This document shows, piece by piece, positions 38,580-49,080 of a stretch of 64,000 nt of DNA. Numbering within the stretch: the first letter of the stretch is position 1; every line of letters starts with the position of its first letter. The notes beneath the pieces were generated by a model. The model was not told the origin of the DNA. It did not search any database and worked only from the letters and a program-made list of their open reading frames with translations. Location of the stretch: positions 29,297 through 93,296 of the forward strand of contig CAYQJG010000001.1 of NCBI GenBank assembly GCA_964417715.1, in the 5' to 3' direction. Made by a program: the position numbers and the translations under genes. Origin of the DNA: an uncultured Lentisphaerales bacterium (lineage in GTDB: Bacteria; Verrucomicrobiota; Kiritimatiellia; RFP12; CAYQJG01).

Positions 38580-39701
38580 TCACCGCATCCCGAACATCTG
38601 CTCCTTGAGATCCAGGTAGTAGAGGTAGTCGTCGGGTTTGACATCCGGCGGGCAGCGATGGTCGCAGAAGGGAATGTAGCCGCCGCGTTCAACCAACGGC
38701 ACAACGCTCTCAACATAGGCCTTGATCGCCGCGCGTCCCTTGATCATCTCGAGCTTATCGATGCCGCCCATGATCCGCAGATCGCGACCATACTCCTTCA
38801 GCAGTTCGGCGGGATGCACGCAACTGTTGACCTCGTAGGGGAAGAGGCAGTTGATCCCCGCCTTCAGAAAACCCTTCATCAGCGGGCGCACGTCGCCGTC
38901 GCAATCGGTGTACCAGAGGTCGATGCCGTGCTTATGGAGCCGATCACCGATGCGCTGGTAACGCGGCACGACCACCCGTTCGTAGAAATCCAGCGAGATG
39001 ATCGGCCCGTTCTTGAAGCAGATGTCCTCCCACCCGGTGGCGAAGTCGAAGTCGATCTTGCCCAGCACCTGATCGAGAAAGTGCTCGGTGAGCTGGCAGG
39101 AGGTCTCCACCATATCCTCAACCATCGCGGGGTAGTCGTAGCAGGCGTAGGCCAGCCCCTCGAACGTGAGCATGTTGCGGATCGTGCCGATCATGGAGCC
39201 GCCGTTGACACCGAGCGGATAGTCGCGCGTGGGCGGATGCATCTTCTGCAGCTTGGCCACGTCCACCTTGCGCACGGGGTCATCGAGCCGGAAGCGCTCC
39301 GCCTTGACCTTCTTCCAGTCGTCGGCCGTGACGACCGTGGCCTGGATATAGTGTGGAATCGTATCGTGGCCGTCCACGGGGACCTCGGCCAGCAGACCGT
39401 CGCCGTTCTGAAGGATCTTCGTATTTCCACGGATCTCGACCACCTTGCTCTCGAAGGCGGGGTGAATCCACTGCGCGCCGCCGCAACCGGCCATGCGATC
39501 GAAGCTGAAGAACCGGTCGGCCTCCTCGTTGCTGCGCACGCCGTTCTGCTTGAAGAGCGGCCAAAGCTGGAAGTTCTCCTCCCAGTAACCGAACTCCATG
39601 TTGAAGCAGCGGTCGACCGGACGGTAATGCATCTGGTTGTTGAAGCGAACGCGATCAGTCAGCGTTCCCCTCCACTTCGGGCGGCATGGTGTGATCGGCA
39701 T
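38580..39701 (-). CDS. Uroporphyrinogen-decarboxylase (URO-D)-family protein (methyltransferase-like paralog)
   Basis: 373 aa with a URO-D-like TIM-barrel sequence. GGAG sits 4 nt upstream of the ATG at 39701. Confidence 0.5.
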   Translation of the reverse strand: MPITPCRPKWRGTLTDRVRFNNQMHYRPVDRCFNMEFGYWEENFQLWPLFKQNGVRSNEEADRFFSFDRMAGCGGAQWIHPAFESKVVEIRGNTKILQNGDGLLAEVPVDGHDTIPHYIQATVVTADDWKKVKAERFRLDDPVRKVDVAKLQKMHPPTRDYPLGVNGGSMIGTIRNMLTFEGLAYACYDYPAMVEDMVETSCQLTEHFLDQVLGKIDFDFATGWEDICFKNGPIISLDFYERVVVPRYQRIGDRLHKHGIDLWYTDCDGDVRPLMKGFLKAGINCLFPYEVNSCVHPAELLKEYGRDLRIMGGIDKLEMIKGRAAIKAYVESVVPLVERGGYIPFCDHRCPPDVKPDDYLYYLDLKEQMFGMR

Positions 39702-39820
39702 AGGGCTCCTTTGTCAGAAAGTGAATACTACAGTACCAACGACAGGATGTATCCAGCAAGCGACTACTGCGGCACCCTTTCGCGCTGGCATAGCGCCGCC
39801 GAACGCGCTAAAACTAACTT

Positions 39821-40801
39821 ATGCGCTGGGTGCCTCTCTGGTTCGTGCTCGCGTCGGCCGGCTGGGCGGCTGATCGGCTGTCCGTCTCCTCGACGACGAT
39901 CATCTCGCCCGACGGCGCGGCCACACTCGGTTCGCCGGGTCTGACCGTGGCGGCGCCGCCGCCGCTGGCCGCGACAGGGCCGCTCAGCATGTCCGAGATC
40001 CCCGCCGTGAGCCGCCCCGCGGGTTTCGTGCTGACCGATGCGGCGGGCCGCACGTTCGGCCCCTTTGCCTTCAAGGAGGGCGCCCGCGTCGGCGCCGCGT
40101 CGGCACCCTACACACTTGAGCTCACGCGCGACGGCACCTTCTCGCTGATCGACCCGCGGTCGCGCACATCGTTCGGCCCCTTTGCGGCCACCAATGGCGC
40201 ACCGGTGACGGTCGGCCGCACCGCGCTCGCGTTCGCACGGCTGCCGGGCAGCCTGCGCATCCAGCTCAGCCACCGCGGCGCCGTCGGCACGACACCCCTG
40301 GTGGCGGCCGGCGAGCTGACGCCCGCCTTGCAGGCCGCCCTCTATGAACTGCGGAACGGCCTGGTGGACGTGGCCAATCGGCTGGCGTTCGAGACGGCGT
40401 CGGTCACGATCGAGAACCAGCCGACAATCATCACGCCTTCCGGCCACCGGTACACGCCCACGGTGCGGAAGTCACTGCGCGACCGGGAGTCGGCCCGGCG
40501 CGCGGCCGACCTGGCGGCCACGGCGCTGCTGGAGACGTTCGCGCGCGCCAACCTGAGGGTTCCGCTCGCACGCGACCCGGATGGAGGCTACCGGCTGCAG
40601 CCGACTCCGTCCGGCGCCTGTCTGGTGTGCGCGCTGTGGCGCGTCAAGGATGAGGATGCCATCACCACGGCGGCCTCGCGGACAGTCGTCTGGTGGACGC
40701 CCGTGGCGGCCGAACCCATGGCCGACGTCCAGTTGAACCTGAACGATGACTGCGCGGGCGACTGGCGCAGCGTGTTTCGCCTGCCGCCGCTGCGCGACTG
40801 A
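39821..40801 (+). CDS. Hypothetical secreted protein
   Basis: Signal peptide MRWVPLWFVLASAGWA. No recognisable domain. Confidence 0.4.
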   Translation: MRWVPLWFVLASAGWAADRLSVSSTTIISPDGAATLGSPGLTVAAPPPLAATGPLSMSEIPAVSRPAGFVLTDAAGRTFGPFAFKEGARVGAASAPYTLELTRDGTFSLIDPRSRTSFGPFAATNGAPVTVGRTALAFARLPGSLRIQLSHRGAVGTTPLVAAGELTPALQAALYELRNGLVDVANRLAFETASVTIENQPTIITPSGHRYTPTVRKSLRDRESARRAADLAATALLETFARANLRVPLARDPDGGYRLQPTPSGACLVCALWRVKDEDAITTAASRTVVWWTPVAAEPMADVQLNLNDDCAGDWRSVFRLPPLRD

Positions 40802-40810
40802 GCGTCAGGC

Positions 40811-43300
40811 TCAGTGCTCGTCGCCCGTGCCCTCGCATGGCGCGATGCGCCAGATGTCGCGCGCATATTCGGTGATCGTGCGGTCGGACGAGAACCGGCC
40901 CGACCGCGCCACGTTCATCAGCGCCTTGCGGTCCCACTGCTGCGGCGTCCGGTACAGGGCGTCCAGGTGTTCCTGCGTCGCGACATACGCGCGCAAGTCG
41001 GCCAGCAGCATGTAGTAATCGCCGAATTCCAGCAGCGACTTGATGATCGGGTCGAAGGTGCCGGGCGAAAGCAGCGAGAACACGTTCCGCCGGATCATGT
41101 CGATGGCGCGGCGGATCTCCGGATCGCCCTCGTAGATGGCGCGCGGATCATAGCTGGCACGCCGCGCGGCGACCTCCTCCACGCGCAGACCGAAGATGAA
41201 GATGTTCTCGTCGCCCACTTCCTCGTGCATCTCGACATTTGCGCCGTCCAGCGTGCCGATGGTCAGCGCGCCATTGAGCATCAGCTTCATGTTGCCCGTG
41301 CCCGAGGCCTCGGTGCCGGCCAGCGAGATCTGCTCGCTGATATTGGCCGCCGGGATGATGCGCTCGGCCAGCGACACCCGGTAGTCGGGCAGGAAGACGA
41401 CGCGGATCGTGCGGCTCACGCGCGGGTGGTTGTTCACCACATCGGCCACGCCGTGAATCAGGCGGATGATCAGCTTGGCCATCGCATAGCCCGGCGCCGC
41501 CTTGGCCGCGAAGAAGAACGTCCGCGGATGGATGTCGAGATCGGGGTTGTCGGCCAGCCGGTCGAACAGCATGATGATGTAGAGAACCAGCAGCAGCTGG
41601 CGCTTGTACTCGTGCAGCCGCTTGACCTGCACGTCGAAAATCGAATCGGCGGAGACGGGGATGCCAACCTTCGCGTGCACGTAGCCGGCCAGCAGTTGCT
41701 TGTTGGCCTGCTTCACCTCGTGGAACTGGCGCATGAACGCCGCGTCATCAGCGAAACGTTCGAGTTCCCGCAGGGCATACAGGTCGGTGATCCAGGCCGG
41801 ACCGATAGCCGACGTGATCAGATTCGAGAGACCGGGATTGGCCTTGAGGAGCCACCGGCGCTGCGTGATGCCGTTGGTCTTGTTGCTGAACTGGCTGGGC
41901 GAAAACTGGTGGAAATCGCGAAACAGCGAATTCTTGAGGATCTCGGAGTGCAGCTTGGCGACGCCGTTGACGGCACAGGAGCCGATGATGGCCAGATTGG
42001 CCATCCGCACATGCTTCTCGGCGCCCTCCTCAATGATGCTCATGCGGCGCAACCGGCCGATGTCGCCCGGCCAGGCGGCCGCCACGCGCTTCAGGAACCG
42101 GCCGTTGATCTCATAGATGATCTGCATGTGCCGCGGCAGCAGGCGTTCGAGCAGCGGCACCCCCCAGCGCTCAAGCGCCTCGGGCAGGATCGTGTGGTTG
42201 GTGTACCCCATCGAGTAGCGCGTGATCTGCCAGGCATGGTCCCAGTCCAGCTTCTCGCGGTCGACCAGCAGCCGCATCAGTTCCGGGATCGCCAGCGCCG
42301 GATGGGTCTCGTTGAGCTGGATGAAAACCTTCTCGGGAAACTTGGACCAGTCCTCGTTCTCCGCCCTGAACCGGCGCAGAATGTCCTGCACGGAACAGGC
42401 CACGAAGAAATACTGCTGGCGCAGGCGGAGTTCCTTGCCTTCGAGGACATTGTCGTTCGGGTAGAGCACCTTGGTCAGGTTCTCGGCCAGCACCTTGCTC
42501 TCCACTGCCTCGACATACGAACCCCGGTTGAAGTCGTCCAGGTCGAACTCGTCGGTGGCCTGCGCCGACCAGAGCCGCAGCGTGTTCACCACCTTCGCGC
42601 CGTAGCCGACAACCGGCAGGTCATAGGGGACGCCGATGACGGGCTTGGTGTCAACCCAGCGCCATTCCGTGTGCCCCCTGTCGGTCACCGACTCGACGCG
42701 CCCCTCGAAGTTGACCGTGCAGGCGTATTCGGGACGCTCGACTTCCCACGGGTACCCGTTCTTGAGCCAGTGGTCCGGTTCCTCGACCTGGGCGCCGTTG
42801 ACGATTAACTGCTTGAAAATGCCGTAGTCGTAGCGCAGCCCATAGCCGATGGCCGGCAGGCGGAGCGTGGACAGCGAGTCCAGGAAACAGGCCGCCAGCC
42901 GACCCAACCCGCCATTGCCCAGGCCGGCATCGCTCTCGTAATCGCGCAGTTTGTTCCAGTCCAGCCCGATCTCGGCCAGCGCCTCGCGGCAGGACTCCTC
43001 CATCTGGAGGTTGATGACGTTGTTGCCCAGCAGCCGCCCGATCAGGAACTCAAGCGAAAAATAGTACACCCGTTTGACATTCTGCCGGTGGTACGCGTTC
43101 TGCGTCGCGATCCAGCGCTCAATCAGCCGGTCGCGCACGGAGAGGGCCAGCGACTGGTAGCGATCGCGATCCGTGGACGTATACTGGTCCTTGGCCAACG
43201 TGTAGCGCAGGTGCCAGGCGAAGTCCTCGCGCAACCCGTTGGTCGTCATTTCGACGCGGCGGTCGCGCAGGTGCCGGCTCGTAGTCTTGGGCGCTTCCAT
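40811..43300 (-). CDS. glgP: Glycogen/alpha-glucan phosphorylase
   Basis: EASGTGNMKLMLNGALTIGTLDGANVE pyridoxal-phosphate site. Start trimmed to MEAPK (GAGGT SD). Confidence 0.9.
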   Translation of the reverse strand: MEAPKTTSRHLRDRRVEMTTNGLREDFAWHLRYTLAKDQYTSTDRDRYQSLALSVRDRLIERWIATQNAYHRQNVKRVYYFSLEFLIGRLLGNNVINLQMEESCREALAEIGLDWNKLRDYESDAGLGNGGLGRLAACFLDSLSTLRLPAIGYGLRYDYGIFKQLIVNGAQVEEPDHWLKNGYPWEVERPEYACTVNFEGRVESVTDRGHTEWRWVDTKPVIGVPYDLPVVGYGAKVVNTLRLWSAQATDEFDLDDFNRGSYVEAVESKVLAENLTKVLYPNDNVLEGKELRLRQQYFFVACSVQDILRRFRAENEDWSKFPEKVFIQLNETHPALAIPELMRLLVDREKLDWDHAWQITRYSMGYTNHTILPEALERWGVPLLERLLPRHMQIIYEINGRFLKRVAAAWPGDIGRLRRMSIIEEGAEKHVRMANLAIIGSCAVNGVAKLHSEILKNSLFRDFHQFSPSQFSNKTNGITQRRWLLKANPGLSNLITSAIGPAWITDLYALRELERFADDAAFMRQFHEVKQANKQLLAGYVHAKVGIPVSADSIFDVQVKRLHEYKRQLLLVLYIIMLFDRLADNPDLDIHPRTFFFAAKAAPGYAMAKLIIRLIHGVADVVNNHPRVSRTIRVVFLPDYRVSLAERIIPAANISEQISLAGTEASGTGNMKLMLNGALTIGTLDGANVEMHEEVGDENIFIFGLRVEEVAARRASYDPRAIYEGDPEIRRAIDMIRRNVFSLLSPGTFDPIIKSLLEFGDYYMLLADLRAYVATQEHLDALYRTPQQWDRKALMNVARSGRFSSDRTITEYARDIWRIAPCEGTGDEH

Positions 43301-43388
43301 GGGGTCATTACCTCGCTGCATGCAGATGTCTGGTAATCTGCCATATCGCTCCCCGTGGGTCACGCGCCAAATGCCGGCCGGCGCGGCC

Positions 43389-44459
43389 TCACAGGATCAG
43401 CATGCAGTCGCCGTAGCTGAAGAAACGGTAACGAGCCGCGACGGCGGCCTGGTAGGCGGCCAGGACGCGCTCGCGCCCGGCCAGGGCGGACACCATCATC
43501 AGCAGAGTCGACTTGGGCAGGTGGAAGTTCGTCAGCATGGCATCGACGACGCGGAAGTCATACGGCGGGGTGATGAACAGCGTGCTGCGTCCGCAATCCG
43601 CCACCACGCGACCGTGCGCGGCGGCCACGGTCTCGAGCGTCCGCACGGTCGTGCTGCCCACGGCCACGACCCGGCCGCCGCCGGCTCGGCAGGCGACGAC
43701 CGCCTCGGCCGTTGCCGCCGGCACCTCGTAGCGCTCGGCATCCATGCGGTGGTCCTCCACCCGCTCAACCTTCACCGGCCGGAACGTGCCGGGCCCGACA
43801 TGCAGCGTAACGAATGTATGTTTAATGCCCCGGCCTGCGAGCGCCGCCAGCAGTTCGGGCGTCAGGTGCAACCCCGCCGTGGGGGCGGCCACGGCCCCGA
43901 TCGCGCGCGCATAGACGGTCTGGTAACGCGACCGGTCCACGTCCTGCCGCGGGTCGTCGGCCGACCGGCGGATGTAGGGCGGCACCGGCGTCAGTCCGTG
44001 GGTTTCCAGCAGGTCAAACAGCGGCCGGTCGGCGCGCAGGACCGCTTCGACCGAGCCGTCCTCCCGCCGCGCGCCGAACTCGGCGTGCAGCCCACCCGCG
44101 GCGAAAGTGGCGGCCATGCCGGGCCGCACCGGCCGTCCGGAGCCGCACAACACCTGCCACGTCGACACCTGCCACGCACCTTCGGTCCGTTCGGCCACCA
44201 GCGGCTCGATCAGCAGCAGTTCGACGCGCCCGCCGGTGTCGGCCCACTGCCCCACCACCCGTGCCGGGAAGACGCGGGTGTCGTTGAGCACGAGCAGGTC
44301 GCCGGGGCGGAGGAACCCCGGCAGGTCGGATACCTGCCGGTGGGCCACCATATCGGCGGCGCGGTCCAGCACCAGCATCCGGGAGGAGCCGCGTTCGGTT
44401 GGCGGCTCCTGGGCGATCAGGTCGGTCGGCAGGTCGTAGTCGAAGTCGGACGTCTGCAT
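43389..44459 (-). CDS. queA: S-adenosylmethionine:tRNA ribosyltransferase-isomerase
   Basis: MQTSDFDYDLPTDLIAQEP… and HLPKSTLLMMVSAL motifs. Confidence 0.9.
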   Translation of the reverse strand: MQTSDFDYDLPTDLIAQEPPTERGSSRMLVLDRAADMVAHRQVSDLPGFLRPGDLLVLNDTRVFPARVVGQWADTGGRVELLLIEPLVAERTEGAWQVSTWQVLCGSGRPVRPGMAATFAAGGLHAEFGARREDGSVEAVLRADRPLFDLLETHGLTPVPPYIRRSADDPRQDVDRSRYQTVYARAIGAVAAPTAGLHLTPELLAALAGRGIKHTFVTLHVGPGTFRPVKVERVEDHRMDAERYEVPAATAEAVVACRAGGGRVVAVGSTTVRTLETVAAAHGRVVADCGRSTLFITPPYDFRVVDAMLTNFHLPKSTLLMMVSALAGRERVLAAYQAAVAARYRFFSYGDCMLIL

Positions 44460-44465
44460 GGCGGT

Positions 44466-46406
44466 TCAGGCCGTCTGGTCGGACGACTGCATTTCGCACA
44501 GCCGGCGATACGCCCCACCTGCCGCATACAGCTCGTCGTGCGTGCCGCGTTCGACGATCCGACCCTTGTCCACCACCAGGATCAGGTCGGCGCGGCGGAT
44601 CGTGCTGAGGCGGTGCGCAATGGCGAACACGGTGCGGTTGCACATGATGCGTGTGATGGCCTCCTGCACCTGGCGTTCGGTCACCGTATCCAACGCGCTG
44701 GTGGCCTCGTCGAGGATCAGGATCGGCGGATTGCGCAGGATCGCGCGCGCGATGGCAACGCGCTGACGCTCGCCGCCGCTCAGGACGAACCCCTTCTCGC
44801 CCACCACACGCTCGTAGCCGTCCGGATGCGCCGTGATGAATGCGTGGGCGTTGGCCATCTCTGCGGCCGCGGTGATCTGCTCGGGGGTGGCTCCCGGTAT
44901 GCCATAGGCGATGTTGCTGGCGATGGTCTCGTTGAACAGGATGGTTTCCTGCGTCACCACGCCGACGAGCTTGCGCAGGTCGGCCACGGCGATGTCGCGC
45001 AGGTCGATGCCGTCCAGCGTGATGCGCCCGGTGACCGGATCGTAGAATCGCGCCAGCAGGTTGGCGAGTGTGGTCTTGCCCGAGCCGGTGGCGCCGACCA
45101 CGGCCACCACGCTGCCGCGACGGATCTCGAAACAGGCGTGATCCACCACGGGCGTGCCGTCCGCACTGTAGGTGAAGGACACGTCCTCAAACACGATGCG
45201 GTCGTCGAACGACGGTTTGGCCTTGGGATTCGGGCACTCCGGCAGACAGGTGTCGACGTCCAGGATGGCGAAGATACGGCTGAGCGAAGCGCCGCCGCGC
45301 TCCAGGGCGGGTGGAAACTTGGCGAGCTGGCGCAAGGGCTTGGCGAAGACAGCCGCCCCCAACGCAATCGGCACCATCTGAAGCAGGTTGAGGCCGCGGG
45401 AGAACCAGATCACGACAAACGCGCCGCCGAGCAGCATCAGGATGCACTCCGACAGGGGACTGAAGAGCAGTTCGGCCCGGTAGGCGCGCAGGGTGGCCTT
45501 GAACTGGCGATGGTTCATCTGGCGGAAGCGGTCGTACTCGGCCTGTTCGGTATGATACGCCTTGACCACGCGGATGCCCGTGAAATTCTCGTGCATGCGT
45601 GAAACCAGGTCCGAGATGCGCTCGAGTGCGCGGCGCGTCCACACCTTCACGCGACGACCCAGGTACTGGATGGGCAGCACGCTCGCCGTGAACACGAGAG
45701 ACGCCACCAGCAGCAGCCCGAGCATGTCGTATTCCACGGCGAATCCGACCACGAACACAGCCGCGGCCGCCATCTCGAACGGCGCCACGGCGCCTTCGGC
45801 GATGATGTTACCCATGACATGCTCGACCGTCTGCGTGTCGTACATGCACCGGCTGATCAGCCGGCCCACATCGATGCTGCCATAGAACCTGAGCGATTGG
45901 TTCTCCAGATGCAGGAAGATCTCATTGCGCAGATCGCGCACCACGCGCCCCGCCAGCCAGCGCAACGCATAGCGGTTGGTGTAGCCCATGGCCATGCGCA
46001 GGAACAGCACCAGCGGCAGGACGATCAGGCTGAGCGTCAGGCACTGCCAGGTCATGCTGCCGTCGGGCTTTCGCAACGGGATGCCATGGCGACCGGCGTA
46101 CGCTTCGGCACGGCCGAACCAGTCCGCCGTCTTGCCGCGTTCGTGCACGACCGACGTGGCCGGCGCTGGCGGCGCCCCCGGCGCAGGTGCCACGGACGGT
46201 GCAGGCGTCACGACAGGCGCCGGTAGACTCGGATTGCTGAGTTGCTTGGTTGTTCGCGAGGCAATCTGCAGCAGCGGCAGTACGCTGCCGCCGAAGATCA
46301 TGCCCGCCAGGACACCGACCAGCAGCACCAGGCGATAGGGCCGCGTGTAGCGCAACAAACGGCCGACCAACCGGCCGCTGCTGTAGGTCTGGACCGGGAT
46401 ATCCAT
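44466..46406 (-). CDS. ABC exporter, fused permease/ATPase (MsbA/ABCB-type), with a Pro/Ala-rich insert after TM1
   Basis: Walker A (GATGSGKTT), ABC signature (LSGGERQRVAIARAIL), Walker B (ILILDEATSALD). Start trimmed to MDIPVQ at 46406. Confidence 0.85.
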   Translation of the reverse strand: MDIPVQTYSSGRLVGRLLRYTRPYRLVLLVGVLAGMIFGGSVLPLLQIASRTTKQLSNPSLPAPVVTPAPSVAPAPGAPPAPATSVVHERGKTADWFGRAEAYAGRHGIPLRKPDGSMTWQCLTLSLIVLPLVLFLRMAMGYTNRYALRWLAGRVVRDLRNEIFLHLENQSLRFYGSIDVGRLISRCMYDTQTVEHVMGNIIAEGAVAPFEMAAAAVFVVGFAVEYDMLGLLLVASLVFTASVLPIQYLGRRVKVWTRRALERISDLVSRMHENFTGIRVVKAYHTEQAEYDRFRQMNHRQFKATLRAYRAELLFSPLSECILMLLGGAFVVIWFSRGLNLLQMVPIALGAAVFAKPLRQLAKFPPALERGGASLSRIFAILDVDTCLPECPNPKAKPSFDDRIVFEDVSFTYSADGTPVVDHACFEIRRGSVVAVVGATGSGKTTLANLLARFYDPVTGRITLDGIDLRDIAVADLRKLVGVVTQETILFNETIASNIAYGIPGATPEQITAAAEMANAHAFITAHPDGYERVVGEKGFVLSGGERQRVAIARAILRNPPILILDEATSALDTVTERQVQEAITRIMCNRTVFAIAHRLSTIRRADLILVVDKGRIVERGTHDELYAAGGAYRRLCEMQSSDQTA

Positions 46407-46411
46407 GCGCG

Positions 46412-47335
46412 CTAGCCTTTCGTCGTCGCCAGGTAGCGCTCGACTTCCAGCGCGGCCATGCACCCCGAGCCGGCGGCCGTCACGGCCTGCCGGTAGGTCC
46501 GGTCCTGCACATCGCCGGCGGCAAAGACACCGGCGACGCTGGTGCGGCAGTTGCGGGCAACAATGTACCCGTCGGTGTCGAGTTCGAGCGCGCGCGCGAA
46601 CGCCGCCGTGTTGGGATCATGCCCCACCGCAATGAACAGCCCCTGCAAGGCCAGCACACGCTCGGTGCCCGTGACCGTATCGCGCAACCGTACGCCAGTC
46701 ACCTCGCCGCGGGCCACGTCCAGCACCTCGCTCACGACGCTGTTCCACGCGACGGTGATCGCCGGATGCGCCAGGACGCGTTCGGTCATGACCTTGGATG
46801 CGCGAAAGGCGTCGCGACGATGAATGACGGTGACATGCGATGCCATGCGCGCGAGGTACAGGGCATCCTCCATGGCGGTATCGCCGCCGCCCACCACCGC
46901 CACATCCTGGCCCTTGAAGAAGGCGCCGTCGCAGGTGGCGCACCCCGACACGCCCCGGCCGACCAACGCCTGTTCCGACGGCAGCCCCAGATAGCGCGCC
47001 TTGGCGCCGGTTGCCACGATCACGGTCCGCGCGTCGAGCGTGGTTCCCGAGGCCAGCGTCAGCCGCTTGACGTCGCCGCCCAAGTCACATCCCGTGACTT
47101 CGTCCATCACGAGGCGCGCGCCCACGCGCTCGGCCTGTGCGCGCATCGTGTTGACGAGTTCGAACCCGCCGATCGGCTGGCTGAAGCCGGGGAAATTCTC
47201 GACGTCGGTCGTCTGTGTCAGCTGCCCTCCGGGCTGCGTGCCTTCGATCACGACCGGTTTCAGGTTGGCTCGGGCGGCGTAGATCGCGGCCGTCAGCCCG
47301 GCCGGTCCACTGCCCACGATGACGACATTTTCCAT
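46412..47335 (-). CDS. trxB: Thioredoxin-disulfide reductase
   Basis: VVIVGSGPAGLTAAIYAARA FAD site and the CATC redox-active disulfide (GVSGCATCDGAFF). Confidence 0.92.
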   Translation of the reverse strand: MENVVIVGSGPAGLTAAIYAARANLKPVVIEGTQPGGQLTQTTDVENFPGFSQPIGGFELVNTMRAQAERVGARLVMDEVTGCDLGGDVKRLTLASGTTLDARTVIVATGAKARYLGLPSEQALVGRGVSGCATCDGAFFKGQDVAVVGGGDTAMEDALYLARMASHVTVIHRRDAFRASKVMTERVLAHPAITVAWNSVVSEVLDVARGEVTGVRLRDTVTGTERVLALQGLFIAVGHDPNTAAFARALELDTDGYIVARNCRTSVAGVFAAGDVQDRTYRQAVTAAGSGCMAALEVERYLATTKG

Positions 47336-47372
47336 GGTTCCCGTTCAGATTTCCGCCGGTGCCCGGCCCGTT

Positions 47373-49079
47373 TCAGGTGTAGCGCAAGACTTCGTCCACC
47401 GTGGTATATCCGTCGAAGACATTGCGGATGCCGTCCTCGCGCATGGTGCGCATGCCGAGTTCACGCGCTTTCTCGCGAATGAACAGCGTAGGCTTGCGAT
47501 CATTGATCAACTGGCGGATCGGCTCGGTCAGTCGCAGGTACTCAAACAGGCCCTTGCGTCCCTTGTAGCCCGTGCCATTGCACAGCGAACAGCCGCGTCC
47601 GTAGTAGAACGACCGCCCCGCCACATCCGGACGCTTCAGCGACATCCGCGCCAGCACATCGTCGTCGGGCTCGTAGGCCTGCTTGCAGTTGGAGCAGATG
47701 GTCCGCACCAGGCGCTGACCCAGGATGGACTCGAGCGTGGAGGAGATCAGGTAGGGTGCCACCTGCATGTCAATCAGTCGGGTGACGGCGCCGGAGGAAT
47801 CGTTGGTGTGCAGGGTACTGAACACCAGGTGGCCCGTCAGCGAGGCCTGGATCGCGATTTCAGCCGACTCCAGATCGCGGATCTCACCGATCATCATCAC
47901 ATCGGGGTCCTGACGCAGGAAGGCGCGCAACACGTTGGCGAACGTGTTGCCGGTCAGGGGGTTGATCGGCACCTGGATGATGCCGTCGATGTCGTATTCG
48001 ACCGGTTCCTCGGCCGTCAGCAGTTTCTGGTCGATCGTGTTGATGCGGTTCAGACAGGCGTAGAGGCTGGTCGTCTTGCCCGAGCCGGTCGGCCCGGTGA
48101 CGATGATGATCCCGTTCGGCTTCTCGATGTCGAGTGTCAGCGCCTCGAACACGTCCTCGGGCAGGCCGATGTTCTCGATATCCAGCGACACGACGCTGCG
48201 GTCGAGCACGCGCAACACCACGCTCTCGCCAAAACGCGTCGGCAGGCAGGACACGCGCAAGTCGATGTGGCGGCCCGCGACCGTCAGCGAGATGCGGCCG
48301 TCCTGCGGCATGCGCCGCTCGGCGATGTTGAGGTTGGACATGACCTTCAGGCGCGAGATGATCGGCAGCGCCAGGCGCCGCGGCGGCGGCTGCATCTCGT
48401 AGAGCGCACCGTCCACGCGGTAGCGGATGCGGAACTCCTTCTCGAACGGCTCGAAGTGGATGTCCGACGCGCGGTCGGCGACGGCCTGGTAGAGCACCAG
48501 GCTCACGAACCGGACGACCGGGGCCGAACCGGCGGCCTGCTCGATCCCCTTCTCGTCCGCGGTCTCATCCACGGCCAGCGACGCATCCTGCTCGATGATC
48601 GTCTCGAGGTTGGACAGCATGTCATTGACGGTCTCGCTCTCGTCGCCATAGAACTGGTTGACGCGCGCGCGGACATCGACTTCACGCGCCATGACGAAGG
48701 CCACGTCGCGCGTCAGGACGAACATCAGTTCGTCCATGACATGCGGCTCGACCAGCATGGACGTGGCCAGCGTGATCGTGCCCGGCTGCATCGAGACGGG
48801 CACCACGTTGTACATGCGCGCCACGCTGGCCGGCAGGCTCCGGATGACGTCGGGGGTGATCTCGTAGGTGGTCAGATCGACCACGTCGCACCCCTGGTAG
48901 GCGGCCATCATGCCGAGCAGGTCGTCCTCGGTGGTGTAGCCGGTGTCGATGATCAGGTTGCGCAGCGGCTTGGCGGTGCGGTCGTGCTCCTCGCGGAGCT
49001 CCTGCGCCTGCGCTGCGTCCATGATCCCGTTGCTGACCGCAAGATCCAGAATGGAATCGAAATGCTCCGGGGTGCTCAT
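47373..49079 (-). CDS. GspE/PilB-family type II secretion / type IV pilus assembly ATPase (paralog 2)
   Basis: N-terminal GspE_N domain, Walker A (GPTGSGKTT), Asp and His boxes, and a C-terminal CxxC…CxxC zinc motif. Confidence 0.85.
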   Translation of the reverse strand: MSTPEHFDSILDLAVSNGIMDAAQAQELREEHDRTAKPLRNLIIDTGYTTEDDLLGMMAAYQGCDVVDLTTYEITPDVIRSLPASVARMYNVVPVSMQPGTITLATSMLVEPHVMDELMFVLTRDVAFVMAREVDVRARVNQFYGDESETVNDMLSNLETIIEQDASLAVDETADEKGIEQAAGSAPVVRFVSLVLYQAVADRASDIHFEPFEKEFRIRYRVDGALYEMQPPPRRLALPIISRLKVMSNLNIAERRMPQDGRISLTVAGRHIDLRVSCLPTRFGESVVLRVLDRSVVSLDIENIGLPEDVFEALTLDIEKPNGIIIVTGPTGSGKTTSLYACLNRINTIDQKLLTAEEPVEYDIDGIIQVPINPLTGNTFANVLRAFLRQDPDVMMIGEIRDLESAEIAIQASLTGHLVFSTLHTNDSSGAVTRLIDMQVAPYLISSTLESILGQRLVRTICSNCKQAYEPDDDVLARMSLKRPDVAGRSFYYGRGCSLCNGTGYKGRKGLFEYLRLTEPIRQLINDRKPTLFIREKARELGMRTMREDGIRNVFDGYTTVDEVLRYT

Positions 49080-49080
49080 A

